A stretch of 64,000 nt of DNA from Bacteroidia bacterium (GCA_039630325.1 JBCNVG010000014.1:42972-106971); one strand, 5' to 3'; shown: positions 48,801-58,025, counted from the first letter of the stretch. The notes: a model not told the origin generated them from the letters alone. Numbers and translations are program-made.

Positions 48801-51708
48801 AGCTGGGCACTACCTTGAAGAATAGTATTCCAAACATCCCATCATCACTACCGATGAGAGAACCCCCATTGGTTGTGAATAGGTGAGACAGGGGAAACAC
48901 AAGCGGAGAAGCATTCGGGTTAGTAGGAGGTACACTACCTGGGGGAGAGGTCTGATTGACGCATGAGGCACTTGTTCCAGTGGGATTTCCTTGGGTTCTT
49001 TGATGATCCAAATAGGCACTCCCAGGTACATATCGCCATCCCGCAGGGAGAGTTACATCTATTTGAGTAGGCAGGGACCAAAGGCGATATTCAAACGGGA
49101 AAAGGTTGCCAGAACAGTAGTTAGAGCAGCAAGGACCTATGCTAAGGTACTGGTAGAGATATAAAGTGAGAGTGTCGCATCCCTGAGGTTCATGTAGTAC
49201 AGGATCAGTCGCATAGAAATAATACCCTACAAGTTCCATAGTAGCTCCCCAGCTTCCACAAGCAAACCGCTGTCCTGCAGGATGAGGAGCTAAGTCAGTC
49301 GGTAGAGGAGTCGTGAGGTTAGTCGTATATAGATAAGGGGTGGCATTTACAGGGCCTATAAAGCCGCCAGGATTATTAGCTTGGGGTACTCGTACACGGA
49401 TCCATATTTTTACCGAGTCACCTGACTCCCACTGAAATCCTGGTGGGACAAGTCCTAACCCTATTAGTGAGTTTGTCCGCAGATCTACAGCGAACCGATT
49501 GCAGTTCGGCCAGCCGCCGCAGATATTACTATTCAATAAGGGAATCAAACCTTGATAAAAAGGGCCTCCACCTGCTTTTCTAATGCGTACATACGCATCT
49601 ACGGGCACGAAGCGATCCCCTTCACTACCTAACTCTAATATGCTCCACGCATTTTGCCAAGGACCTCCTTGTACCTGGGCTTCAAAATAAGCCGTGGCAG
49701 TGTCGGTAACCATCATACGATCCGTCCTGATTTTCGTCATATCCAGAGAGCCTCCGCCGTCAGGTATGCCATCATTGTCATTATCAGGTAACCCGTAGGA
49801 TGTGCGACGGAAAGTAAAGTTTGTCATCAGCATTCCCTGCGGACATGGAACGGGGCAGTTCAAGCTAATAGTAGTAGTCTGGGGCATTCCATAGCAGAAT
49901 CCAGACGGATTACAGGTGGGATTGGGATTAAAGAGAAGCTGGCTTGTGATAGTAAATGAGCCAGCAGTGCCACAGGTCAGGACCAACGGGATACATACCT
50001 GAGAGTTTTTGAATGAACCGGTCGGCCAAGCAGTCTGCCAGTCACCAGGACGATTGGAGTGAGAAAAAATCGCAGTGACCGTATTGCCAACTACACTTAC
50101 GCTGGAGGCGTCCCAGCTAAGCTGAATACTGGGGTTATTCCAGTGAGTGCCTATCCACTGGACAGGCCCCCCTGCGTAGGATACGCCTGGTGGAAGCGTG
50201 AATATCCACTGAAACTGGTAGTTAGAGGAAGAGGGAGAACCGCCCGTATTCAAGTAAAATGGATTAGAAAACCATTCGGTGTAATTACCAGGCTCCTCTC
50301 CGACAGTGACACACAGATTGAAGTTTTGTCCGTTGTTGACGGTACCAGGATGAGTATTGGTAAGGGGAGCATTGAACTGAACGCGGTAGTTGCTTCCGCC
50401 GCTGGTAGTATAAAATTCATTACAGGCGCCTCTATAACTAACCTCCCAGCCTACGCTACGAATATTTGGCCGAGTATATCCATGACACGCAGAAATATCA
50501 CAGAGGTAATGATCAAACTCAATGTAGAGCGTATCATTCGGTCCTAAGCTGGGAACTTGGAGGGTTAGCTTTCGCACAACATTAGAAACGCTAAAGCAGC
50601 TGGTTGAACCGCCAGCCTCTGCTTGAATAATCTGTCTCGGTAAAGGGGAACCATTTGCTCCAATGCGGACAGTAATGCTATTCGTATCTATCCGAGCTAT
50701 CATGTTAGGGTCATAAGCACTGCTCGGATATTCTGAGATAAACAGGGTGACTTGTACATTGTAGGCCATACCCGTGCCAATATTGGCTGCTCGAAAGAGC
50801 ATGCGCGTACCATTTCCAGGCTGGTCTCCGTAGCAGCTTTTTTCATCTATCATCACAATGGCATTTCCATTCGGAGGAAAGCTGCCTGTCGTGATATTCG
50901 GTGTTTGACCACTCGCACTTACGCTTACGCCTCCTGTGGCGTTTACTGTCTGACAGGTCTGATTATGGCATCCCCACTCTAAGCTAAAGGTGGAACCTAA
51001 CTGGGTACAAGCTTCTACACTGTAATTCACTGTAAAGGTGACCGATTGTCCAGGCGAAAGAGCGCCAAACTGCAGAGTAAGGGCATGCGCGGTATGTGAT
51101 ACTATTGTGCCGCCAGAGGCTCCTGTGATTATGAGATTAGCTCCTGAGGTTTCAATATGTTGAAAGCCAGGCACAGGAGCATTCCCTGCATTAGTTACTG
51201 TGAAAGTCCTTGAAAAAGTCGCAGGGGCAGTAGGTACAGTATGAGTTTGATTAGTTATGGTAGTGTACTGTAGAGACCCACTGGTGATGCTATACTGATA
51301 GGAAGGAGTGTAGATGTAGCTTCCGCCGCCATTCCAGGTAAGTGTGTAGGTATTTTTGATCTGGTTATTTTGATCTGCGAGGAAAGGTAGTACATCACAC
51401 CCAGCGTATCCTTGATAAGTAAAGGTTATAGATTGTGCAGGGGGAATGTCCGGCAGCGCAAAGACAGGTTGATTGGGCGGCGTAGCAGAGACCAAGTTAG
51501 CAGGAGCGGTGACAGATCCAGGTAAATACAGCACCCCAGGTGGCATTTGAACCGCCAGCTGAACGCCTGTAAGGGGATTAGGTGTCGTATTACTAACGGT
51601 GATCTGAAAAGTTCCAGCTGAGCCACATACCTGTAAGGATGGTTCGCTGGTGACAATTGTTTGTGCCCAGAGCAGAGAGAGCCCGAGAAGGACTCGTACA
51701 GGTTTCAT
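45889..51708 (-). CDS. Very large T9SS-secreted Cys-rich protein with DUF11/CARDB-like Ig repeats
   Basis: Signal WA|Q; about 6 T(V/L/I)xN.G repeats; LPDNDNDGIPD; WTG..SSDW....NW module; PLAVQF linker; IVPNPS...LSAGVYVVEV CTD. Start ATG 51708. Confidence 0.8.
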   Translation of the reverse strand: MKPVRVLLGLSLLWAQTIVTSEPSLQVCGSAGTFQITVSNTTPNPLTGVQLAVQMPPGVLYLPGSVTAPANLVSATPPNQPVFALPDIPPAQSITFTYQGYAGCDVLPFLADQNNQIKNTYTLTWNGGGSYIYTPSYQYSITSGSLQYTTITNQTHTVPTAPATFSRTFTVTNAGNAPVPGFQHIETSGANLIITGASGGTIVSHTAHALTLQFGALSPGQSVTFTVNYSVEACTQLGSTFSLEWGCHNQTCQTVNATGGVSVSASGQTPNITTGSFPPNGNAIVMIDEKSCYGDQPGNGTRMLFRAANIGTGMAYNVQVTLFISEYPSSAYDPNMIARIDTNSITVRIGANGSPLPRQIIQAEAGGSTSCFSVSNVVRKLTLQVPSLGPNDTLYIEFDHYLCDISACHGYTRPNIRSVGWEVSYRGACNEFYTTSGGSNYRVQFNAPLTNTHPGTVNNGQNFNLCVTVGEEPGNYTEWFSNPFYLNTGGSPSSSNYQFQWIFTLPPGVSYAGGPVQWIGTHWNNPSIQLSWDASSVSVVGNTVTAIFSHSNRPGDWQTAWPTGSFKNSQVCIPLVLTCGTAGSFTITSQLLFNPNPTCNPSGFCYGMPQTTTISLNCPVPCPQGMLMTNFTFRRTSYGLPDNDNDGIPDGGGSLDMTKIRTDRMMVTDTATAYFEAQVQGGPWQNAWSILELGSEGDRFVPVDAYVRIRKAGGGPFYQGLIPLLNSNICGGWPNCNRFAVDLRTNSLIGLGLVPPGFQWESGDSVKIWIRVRVPQANNPGGFIGPVNATPYLYTTNLTTPLPTDLAPHPAGQRFACGSWGATMELVGYYFYATDPVLHEPQGCDTLTLYLYQYLSIGPCCSNYCSGNLFPFEYRLWSLPTQIDVTLPAGWRYVPGSAYLDHQRTQGNPTGTSASCVNQTSPPGSVPPTNPNASPLVFPLSHLFTTNGGSLIGSDDGMFGILFFKVVPSCVIASDTALPVSYTIHFSGRLNGTATSASPPAGVRIRYRGPRLSIQAVTNPVTATQNTVEWYIKVSNTSNVAASPNTFLFFQTQYSNLNITQVIDAATNLPVPLTNGYYPIGTVNAGSDRYFYVRAQILSCAPIDTLWARVGWDCAGYPTSISSYACYNSAPRDTLTFIPTTPIVQISSTITPNPAELCDTHTVVVTLTNAGTGYAYSPYLYFILPTGVNLVPGSFEASYPAGGSWTPIAAPQSFLVLHYWDLDNQIPALSSGLPHLSPDNEIRIRFKMVTTCNYISGAQIAFFSAYMSVCNQFSYQISASPIVALSNIIVPYQTDISAPNLTLTGCQSVHTYTISITNLGTGSTTSNDSVRVIIPAGIFITGSTIAIQNFTAHAPTITSSGGNTILTWGLQAGHGPGAVMSFGFQFQISPSLPAGTYPLTIQTVINANRACGNTTCNVFYPTGTKNATLTLVRPAGLWTGEISSDWFNSNNWGDCEIPTCTKDVIIPDTINDPIISDGIASCRDITIEPGAVLTITGTGQLDICRNYWLKAGATLAAQTNSHIRFVGPANNQTYRRDGTGDPYHVTIAQGTPGFSLILLSPLEFDGTLTLTQGVIDGYTHGKETYARTPSASVVTIGNPNSYISGVLRRRLNNSASDGWYYLPVGHLPSGKGYQLGQVLFSSAPTATHLTAQFLPWPGTPPTCVTQTDCGANFGTLPNLNNGYWIIERIGGTVPPYHLRLFARNYTNASGSAYAIVKRPTGSSGLFTFDGVCEGTPYDQASQTGRLQVSDFSEFAIAQSPIPLAVQFIHVSAIPRSSSVEVTFSIRPNWELLYQHHIERSADGISWSVIGSLSREDYIRKEGEVGHYVWKDTDVEQGGHYFYRIRAMERTGSSYLSPVVEATLPQSEQLLAAIVPNPSHNEAYLELSKSGYPVRIWDAAGKLVWEGVAAQERTPLPAELLSAGVYVVEVGGVRLRWMKR

Positions 51709-51884
51709 ATTTCTCCACCACACGCAAATGTACGAAAATGATAAACTCAAAGTTGCAAAATGGGATGCTCAAAATATCGTAAGTCATTCACTAAGAATGA
51801 CTAAGGTATATTGTCTAATCTTTCTACTTGGTATTTAGACCGCTTTCAGGCTTTGAATCGCCCAGAAGCCCTAATATCGTACCT

Positions 51885-52211
51885 ATGCTCGAATGGGAAC
51901 GGTTGGTTGCTGAGGTGGAGAAGCGATATGGGGTGGAAGCTTCCGAAGAGCTACTTCTGTTTTTAGTGGGACTCAATCGGATGGGAGGATTTCCGGAGGG
52001 TGACGAGAAAATCGTCAAACTCAACTTGATTCAGTTAGGGACTCTGGTTATTTTACAGCGTGAAGGGTATGTGCGTGAGATCGGCCTTGATACTGAGGGT
52101 TGGCCTGAGTGGGAGCGGGTACGCCCTATACCTTCGTGGAATCCATCTGAGCAGCGTGCCTTTCTTCGGCAGAGTCTTGCACGATATTTTAGTGAGATTT
52201 GGGAACTTTGA
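51885..52211 (+). CDS. Conserved Bacteroidota hypothetical protein
   Basis: LLFLVGL..MG, KLNLIQLG, GY....GLD.EGWP.W, EQ..FLR pattern recalled from small Bacteroidota hypotheticals. Confidence 0.7.
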   Translation: MLEWERLVAEVEKRYGVEASEELLLFLVGLNRMGGFPEGDEKIVKLNLIQLGTLVILQREGYVREIGLDTEGWPEWERVRPIPSWNPSEQRAFLRQSLARYFSEIWEL

Positions 52212-52218
52212 AAGGTCT

Positions 52219-53172
52219 ATGCATGTCTCAGAAATCTTAGACAGGGCACAGGACCCTTTCATTAGTGTAGAGATTATACCCCCCCGTCGGGGTGGAAACA
52301 TTCGTCAGGTCTATGATGCTGTAGAAAGCCTTCTTCCGCATCGTCCTCGCTACATCAATATTACCAGTCATGCTGCAGAAGTAGTCTGGCAGGAGCAGCC
52401 TGATGGTACTTTCAGGCGGCGGGTCAAGCGTCGAAGTCCAGGCACTTTTGGGATTTGCGCCGTGATTAAGTACAAGTACGGGATTGAACCTGTACCGCAT
52501 CTGTTGTGTCATGGTTTTACCCGAGAGGAAACCGAGGATGCCTTGATTGAGCTTCATTATTTGGGAGTGGAAAATGTTTTGGCTCTCCAAGGCGAGGAAA
52601 AGTATGCTCGGCCTCCGCGACCTGATCGTACAGTCAATCAGTATGCCTATGAGCTGGTAGAGCAGATTATGGCTATGAATCAAGGACGATATTTAGATGA
52701 CCTTACGGATGCCCAGCCGACTAACTTTTGTGTAGGGGTAGCAGCCTATCCTGAAAAGCACTATCAAGCCCCTAACTTAGCTTTTGATATTGCAAATCTA
52801 AAGCGAAAGCAAGAGGCTGGTGCCAGTTATGCCATTACGCAAATGTTCTTTGATAATGCTGTTTACTACCAGTTTCTGGAAAGGGCTCGGCACGCAGGCG
52901 TACATATTCCGATCATCCCTGGTATCAAGATACTCACTAAACGGGAGCATGTGTATTCGCTGCCGCGATCTTTTCATATTTCTATTCCTGAGCCGCTCAC
53001 TCATGCTGTATTGTCAGCCCGGGATGACCGTGAGGTACTGGAAATAGGCTTAGAATGGGCATATCAGCAAGCTACAGACCTTTTATCCCATGGGGTCAAA
53101 AATCTACACTTTTATACGATGCTCTATACGAAGCCCCTATTACGACTCATGGATCGGCTCAACTTAGACTGA
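52219..53172 (+). CDS. metF: Methylenetetrahydrofolate reductase (Bacteroidota type)
   Basis: SVEIIPP, RRSPGT.GIC, PVPHLLC.GFT.EETED.LI, FCVGVAAYPEKH, ITQMFFDN, PIIPGIK, LHFYTM. Confidence 0.94.
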   Translation: MHVSEILDRAQDPFISVEIIPPRRGGNIRQVYDAVESLLPHRPRYINITSHAAEVVWQEQPDGTFRRRVKRRSPGTFGICAVIKYKYGIEPVPHLLCHGFTREETEDALIELHYLGVENVLALQGEEKYARPPRPDRTVNQYAYELVEQIMAMNQGRYLDDLTDAQPTNFCVGVAAYPEKHYQAPNLAFDIANLKRKQEAGASYAITQMFFDNAVYYQFLERARHAGVHIPIIPGIKILTKREHVYSLPRSFHISIPEPLTHAVLSARDDREVLEIGLEWAYQQATDLLSHGVKNLHFYTMLYTKPLLRLMDRLNLD

Positions 53173-53774
53173 TGCGTCGAGGGTGGTGGATGGGCCTCCT
53201 AATCGTGGGGGTTGTGATCGGGCTTCTCCTTTTGCCGATAAAATCAAGGGAGGGGGGGCAGGAGCTGCTTCTGTGCAGATTAGCAGGAAAGGAATACTTG
53301 TTGGCTTTAAAACAGATGCGTCAGCAAAAGGATAGCCTCTTTCAGGCCTCTGACCGTTCTCCTATCCCGATGGAAGAACGGGAGCGATTTGCGGGGCTAC
53401 ACTATTTTCCAATAGATAGCAGCTGGCGCTTTCAAGGGCGGTACGAGCCCCTTCCTAATGCGCTGCCACCTATCGTAGGAAAGGTAGAGGTGGGACTACC
53501 TGTGCTGGATAGTTGTGCTAAGCCTGCGCGCCTTCTGGTATACGGTGGAAAAGGCGGAGAGACTTACATAGCTTTTTGGGATTCCACGGCGGCTTATGGG
53601 CTTACTTACGAGGGCGGGCGATATGTCCCGGTAGAAATACAAGGGGAGAAAGCTTGCATTGACTTCAATCGTGCTTATTTTCCATACTGCGCCTACAACC
53701 CCAACTACATCTGCTTGCCTTATCCTCCTGAGAATCGCCTTTGTGTAGCTATTCGAGCGGGTGAAAGGTGGTAA
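53172..53774 (+). CDS. DUF1684 domain protein
   Basis: SPIP..RERF.GL.YF, F.D.T....TYEGGRY, IDFNRAY.PYCAYN..Y.C..PP.ENRL...IRAGE. Confidence 0.9.
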   Translation: MRRGWWMGLLIVGVVIGLLLLPIKSREGGQELLLCRLAGKEYLLALKQMRQQKDSLFQASDRSPIPMEERERFAGLHYFPIDSSWRFQGRYEPLPNALPPIVGKVEVGLPVLDSCAKPARLLVYGGKGGETYIAFWDSTAAYGLTYEGGRYVPVEIQGEKACIDFNRAYFPYCAYNPNYICLPYPPENRLCVAIRAGERW

Positions 53775-53781
53775 AAAGTGT

Positions 53782-54342
53782 ATGATGCGCCGATATCGTT
53801 ACGAGAATAAGCCGCTTATGAAACCGGTGGTAGCCCTCTCCGGGCGTTCTAATGTGGGGAAGTCTTCTCTTTTGAACAGTCTATTGGGTACTCGGGCGGC
53901 CGCAGTGAGCCAGAGTCCCGGCTGTACCCGAGCTATATGGTTGTATGAGCCTCATGATGAAGGATTTTTATGGGCGGATTTGCCAGGGTATGGATATGCG
54001 ACTGTCTCCCAGTCTCAGCGGCATTTATGGCGCCGAGAAACGCTAGCCTTTATAAGGCAAGTACGACCATTAGTATGCGTACTGATAGATAGCCGCTTGC
54101 CCCCTCAGGAATTAGATAAAGCATGGGTGCAGGTGCTGCAGGCAGAGGGTATTCCATATATCCTCGTAGCGAATAAAGTTGACAAGCTCAATCAGTCACA
54201 GCGTTATCATCAACAAGAGGTTTTGTCGCAAGCTTTTGATGGTGCAGTATGGCGGATATTTGTTTCTGCTCGCACTCAGGCGGGTATCCCATCTCTGAAA
54301 GCCTGGATAAAAAACTATTTTGCTTCCCAGCAGGAGCTATGA
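53782..54342 (+). CDS. engB: Ribosome biogenesis GTPase YihA/YsxC
   Basis: GRSNVGKSS, S.SPG.T, DLPGYGYA, LIDSR, NKVDK. Start uncertain. Confidence 0.93.
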   Translation: MMRRYRYENKPLMKPVVALSGRSNVGKSSLLNSLLGTRAAAVSQSPGCTRAIWLYEPHDEGFLWADLPGYGYATVSQSQRHLWRRETLAFIRQVRPLVCVLIDSRLPPQELDKAWVQVLQAEGIPYILVANKVDKLNQSQRYHQQEVLSQAFDGAVWRIFVSARTQAGIPSLKAWIKNYFASQQEL

Positions 54343-55754
54343 TTTCATATAATAGGACTAAAATCGTTGCTACGGCGGGTCCGGCTTGTGAGTCAGAAGA
54401 GATTCTCCAGCAGCTGATAGAAGCAGGGGTAGATGTCATCCGGCTCAATCTTAGTCATGGCACATGGGAGAATCATCAGCAAATCATTAATAAAGTACGA
54501 CGGTTGAATCTCCAGCTGGGTACTCGGGTCGCTCTATTGGTAGACCTTCAGGGCCCGAAAATGCGGGTAGGTAAGCTAAATCAGGCTGTACCGATTCGCC
54601 CAGGTGATGTAATAATCTTTTCTACTCAACCAGAAGGAAATAGCATTCCTGTGGAGTATGAAACCTTAGCGCAAGATGTAGAGAAAGGCGATATCGTTCT
54701 CGTAGAAGATGGTAGGGTGCGCCTGCGTGTGTTGGAAACTGATAAAAAAAGTACTGTCAAGTTAGAAGTAATTGCGGGAGATCGCATCGGCAGTCGCAAG
54801 GGGATTAACCTACCTGGGCGACCCATATCCCTGCCAACCTTATCTGAAAAGGATTGGGAGGACCTCATGGAGGCTATTCGGCAAGAGGTGGACTGGGTAG
54901 CGATATCATTTGTACGATATCCTTCTGATATTCAGATGGTTCGGCAGACCCTTCGGCGTTTCGGTTCCAGTATACGGGTCATGGCTAAAATAGAGCGTCC
55001 TGAAGCCTTAGAAAACTTAGAAGAGATTATAGCGCTGAGTGATGGAGTGATGGTCGCTCGGGGGGACTTAGGCGTGGAGATTCCAGTGGAAGAGGTACCT
55101 TTTTGGCAAAAGCGGATCATTCGGACTTGTAATGTCATGGGAAAGCCGGTGGTCGTGGCTACTCAGATGCTTGAGAGCATGATCCAGAATCTGACACCTA
55201 CGAGGGCGGAGGTCACGGACGTGGCGAATGCGGTACTGGATGGGGCCGATGCCGTCATGCTCAGCGGAGAGACGTCGGTAGGGGCTTTTCCAGTAGAAGC
55301 AGTTAGACAGATGCAACGTATTCTGCACCAAGCAGAAAAAGAGCCCCAGATTTACCGGTTTCCTGGAAGGCCTGATCCTGCTTCATCAACCTATTATTCC
55401 GATGCCGTATGCTGGACTGCTTGTACACTTGCTTCAGAGGTAGGGGCTCGGGCCTTAGTGGGGCTCACTTATTCTGGATATACTGCATTTCAACTGGCTC
55501 GTTGGCGACCGCAAACGGATATTTTTATTTTTACTCCCAATCCTCGGATACTTAGCAGCCTCAATCTTCTGTGGGGGGTACGTGCTTACTATTATCGGCG
55601 GCATGAACGGACTTTTGAGACGATTCAGGATATCCTTCATGTGCTGCGCGATTTAGGCCATGTAGAATCGGGTGATACGGTCATTATCACTGTCTCAATG
55701 CCATTGCGAGCTCGTCTGCGCACTAATACCCTTCACATTGCACAGGTGCGGTGA
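54339..55754 (+). CDS. pyk: Pyruvate kinase
   Basis: RTKIVATAGPA, RLNLSHG, DLQGPK.R, AKIE, MVARGDLGVE, ATQMLESM, PTRAEVTDVANAVLDGADAVMLSGET. Confidence 0.98.
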   Translation: MISYNRTKIVATAGPACESEEILQQLIEAGVDVIRLNLSHGTWENHQQIINKVRRLNLQLGTRVALLVDLQGPKMRVGKLNQAVPIRPGDVIIFSTQPEGNSIPVEYETLAQDVEKGDIVLVEDGRVRLRVLETDKKSTVKLEVIAGDRIGSRKGINLPGRPISLPTLSEKDWEDLMEAIRQEVDWVAISFVRYPSDIQMVRQTLRRFGSSIRVMAKIERPEALENLEEIIALSDGVMVARGDLGVEIPVEEVPFWQKRIIRTCNVMGKPVVVATQMLESMIQNLTPTRAEVTDVANAVLDGADAVMLSGETSVGAFPVEAVRQMQRILHQAEKEPQIYRFPGRPDPASSTYYSDAVCWTACTLASEVGARALVGLTYSGYTAFQLARWRPQTDIFIFTPNPRILSSLNLLWGVRAYYYRRHERTFETIQDILHVLRDLGHVESGDTVIITVSMPLRARLRTNTLHIAQVR

Positions 55755-57754
55755 ATCGCTTGCCTTGGATTCTCGGTATAATCTCATTCCTTGTAGTGTG
55801 GCACTTTTTGACGGGATGGTATCCTCCACTCACTGACGGGCATGTATGGGAGCCTAAAGGTAAATGTAACTGGTATCTTCATTCTCCTCTCCCTTACTTT
55901 ACGGAGAGTGCTTTGCAGCGAGGCGATATTCTGCTTCGGATAGATTATCGGCCTATTTGTGATTTGCGTCAGGTTCCACCGCAGGGGGATCCACATCGCT
56001 TATATCTATATGAGGTGCAGCGTGGAGAGGCTATTCACCTTGTCTTTGTAGAGAGCATGTCTCCTTTTCTTCTTGGCTGGGCTAAAAGTGAGGTGGAGTA
56101 TGTATGGACGGAATGGGGGCTTTTAGGCATTTTGATTGGAGGAGTTGCAATCCTTCTTTTTGTAAGGGAAGGGGATATCTGGCAGATTCGATGGATTACT
56201 CGTATAGGACTTTTGGGGGGCCTGGTTGGATTAGGAGCACTTTGGCTTTTGTGGGCCCAGCGTAGACCTCCTCAGTCTGTTATAGCGGCTCAAATAGCCG
56301 TTTCAGGCTGGCTATGGTGGGGGGTATTTCGGCTACTCTCTGTATGGCGTCGAGCCTTTTTCTTTCTGCCGGCTATTGTGCTTCCTTTTGTACTTCAGGG
56401 AGCAGCCTCTTATATGGTAGCTGAGGTTATATTGGGGGGGGGTGCTCTCATTCTGCCCAGAAGCTATGCTCTGATTTATGGAGGGGGCTGGGTAGGATGG
56501 GTAGTGCTTCGTTCCCCAGCATTCTTACCTTTTATGGCAGGGGTGGGGATGGCGAGCTATTTACCAGAAATGCGCCGTTCTCTTCGACTCCTTCCACCGG
56601 AAACGATAGCTCTGCGCTTATTGGCTCTCAGCATAGGCTTAGGCGTACTTGCATGGCGAGAAACGCCCCAAGATAAGCTATTATGGGGGGGGACCGCACT
56701 GGCTGTAGCACTTTTTGGGGGTGAAGTGATACGCAGATTCATCCAGGGTCGGCAGCAGCGTGTCCGTTTTTTACAGGAGCGCCTTCCTCAACTGTGGGAG
56801 AGAGTAGAGAAATCCGACCTTCTCCGTTTTGTTGAAGAGACTCTGCGGGCTTATGCGGGTGTTCGGCAAGTGCAGGTTCTACGATCACCTTCTGAACCTC
56901 CTGCTCAATCATGGCTTCGTCGTACGGGCGATATCCCTCCTTTTCCCACAGGGAATCTTTCTTCTATGCCTGACGCTGCTCTTTCTCTGCCAGCATACGG
57001 ATGGCTGCTTTTATGGGAGGGCGAATATCGTTTACGCATTGATGATATTCATCGCCTTGTGCCTTTTGCGGCGGGGCTAAGCATTGCGCTTCGGCATGCT
57101 GAACTCTTTGAGGCTGCTCATGAAGCGCGTTTATCAGCCTTGCGCGGGCAGCTTAGCCCTCATTTCCTCTTCAATGCATTGAATACGCTCCAGTCCCTCG
57201 TTGGTGAAAACCCTGAGCTAGCCGAAGCACTTATGAGTCGCTTAGGGGGACTTTTGCGTCGTACTCTTGTCCATGCTAAACAAGTCACTACATCCCTGCA
57301 AGAAGAGATTGCTCTCGTTCAGGACTACTTATCCATTGAGCAGCAGCGATTTGGAAAGCGCCTCCTTGTTCATTTAGACATACCTGACCCTCTCCCTGCC
57401 TTAGAGGTACCTCCTTTTTGTATTCAGCTTTTAGCCGAGAATGTCATTAAGCATGCGGTTAGCCGCCTTACGCGTCCAGTTCATCTCACTATCAGTATTA
57501 GAGAGGCTTCGGAGAAAGTTATTATTGAGGTCATAGACGATGGTCCAGGAATAGATCCTGCGCAGATAGGCAAAGGCGTAGGCTTGCTCAATTTGACCAC
57601 ACGTTTAGAATACCTCTACGGCAAAGAGGCTAAGTTAATAGCAGAAAGGCTAACGCCGGGAACCCGAGTCAGTATTCACCTTCCTCGTCCTTCTTCGCCG
57701 GTGGGCGTTCGTACTCATAGTCAGGGAGTAAATCCGTCCGAACGTGAGAAATAA
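55751..57754 (+). CDS. LytS/YehU-type sensor histidine kinase with PDZ-like periplasmic domain and multi-TM region
   Basis: LSALRGQLSPHFLFNALNTL, LQEEI..V.DYL.IEQ.RF, PPF.IQ.LAEN.IKH, DDGPG, GVGL.N...RL; N-terminal LQRGDILLRID. Confidence 0.88.
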   Translation: MNRLPWILGIISFLVVWHFLTGWYPPLTDGHVWEPKGKCNWYLHSPLPYFTESALQRGDILLRIDYRPICDLRQVPPQGDPHRLYLYEVQRGEAIHLVFVESMSPFLLGWAKSEVEYVWTEWGLLGILIGGVAILLFVREGDIWQIRWITRIGLLGGLVGLGALWLLWAQRRPPQSVIAAQIAVSGWLWWGVFRLLSVWRRAFFFLPAIVLPFVLQGAASYMVAEVILGGGALILPRSYALIYGGGWVGWVVLRSPAFLPFMAGVGMASYLPEMRRSLRLLPPETIALRLLALSIGLGVLAWRETPQDKLLWGGTALAVALFGGEVIRRFIQGRQQRVRFLQERLPQLWERVEKSDLLRFVEETLRAYAGVRQVQVLRSPSEPPAQSWLRRTGDIPPFPTGNLSSMPDAALSLPAYGWLLLWEGEYRLRIDDIHRLVPFAAGLSIALRHAELFEAAHEARLSALRGQLSPHFLFNALNTLQSLVGENPELAEALMSRLGGLLRRTLVHAKQVTTSLQEEIALVQDYLSIEQQRFGKRLLVHLDIPDPLPALEVPPFCIQLLAENVIKHAVSRLTRPVHLTISIREASEKVIIEVIDDGPGIDPAQIGKGVGLLNLTTRLEYLYGKEAKLIAERLTPGTRVSIHLPRPSSPVGVRTHSQGVNPSEREK

Positions 57755-57956
57755 CCTGGTCCAGAGCTCGCTGAAACTTTACGAAGTCTTCTTTGTACAG
57801 AAAGAGTTTCTGTTTTTGACTAACTTCGCCTGAGAAGTCTCGACGAGTCTCTGTGATCGTAATGTAATAATCCCGATTGCGCGTAGCCCGCACATCAAAG
57901 ATGTAGGTCCGCTTTCCAGCGCGCACTTTTACTGAATACACCTCGCGTCCTTCCAT
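57669..57956 (-). CDS. DUF3276 / PUR-family nucleic-acid binding protein
   Basis: EVYS.KVRAGKRTYIFDVRATR..DYYITITE, KLFLYKEDF.KF. Confidence 0.92.
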   Translation of the reverse strand: MEGREVYSVKVRAGKRTYIFDVRATRNRDYYITITETRRDFSGEVSQKQKLFLYKEDFVKFQRALDQVISHVRTDLLPDYEYERPPAKKDEEGEY

Positions 57957-58025
57957 AAACTTGAACCTCATTCAAAGGTACGACTTTTCTGGTATTGCAA
58001 AAGGTTGCCGCTGTATTTTTGGGGC

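Noticed and set aside
52060-52218. SAM riboswitch or leader upstream of metF
   Set aside because: The region is occupied by the upstream CDS (ends 52211) and no SAM-I/II consensus is visible.
54332-54336. AGGAG Shine-Dalgarno before pyk
   Set aside because: Only 2 nt from the ATG and part of engB codons (Q-E-L); the ATGA overlap explains initiation.
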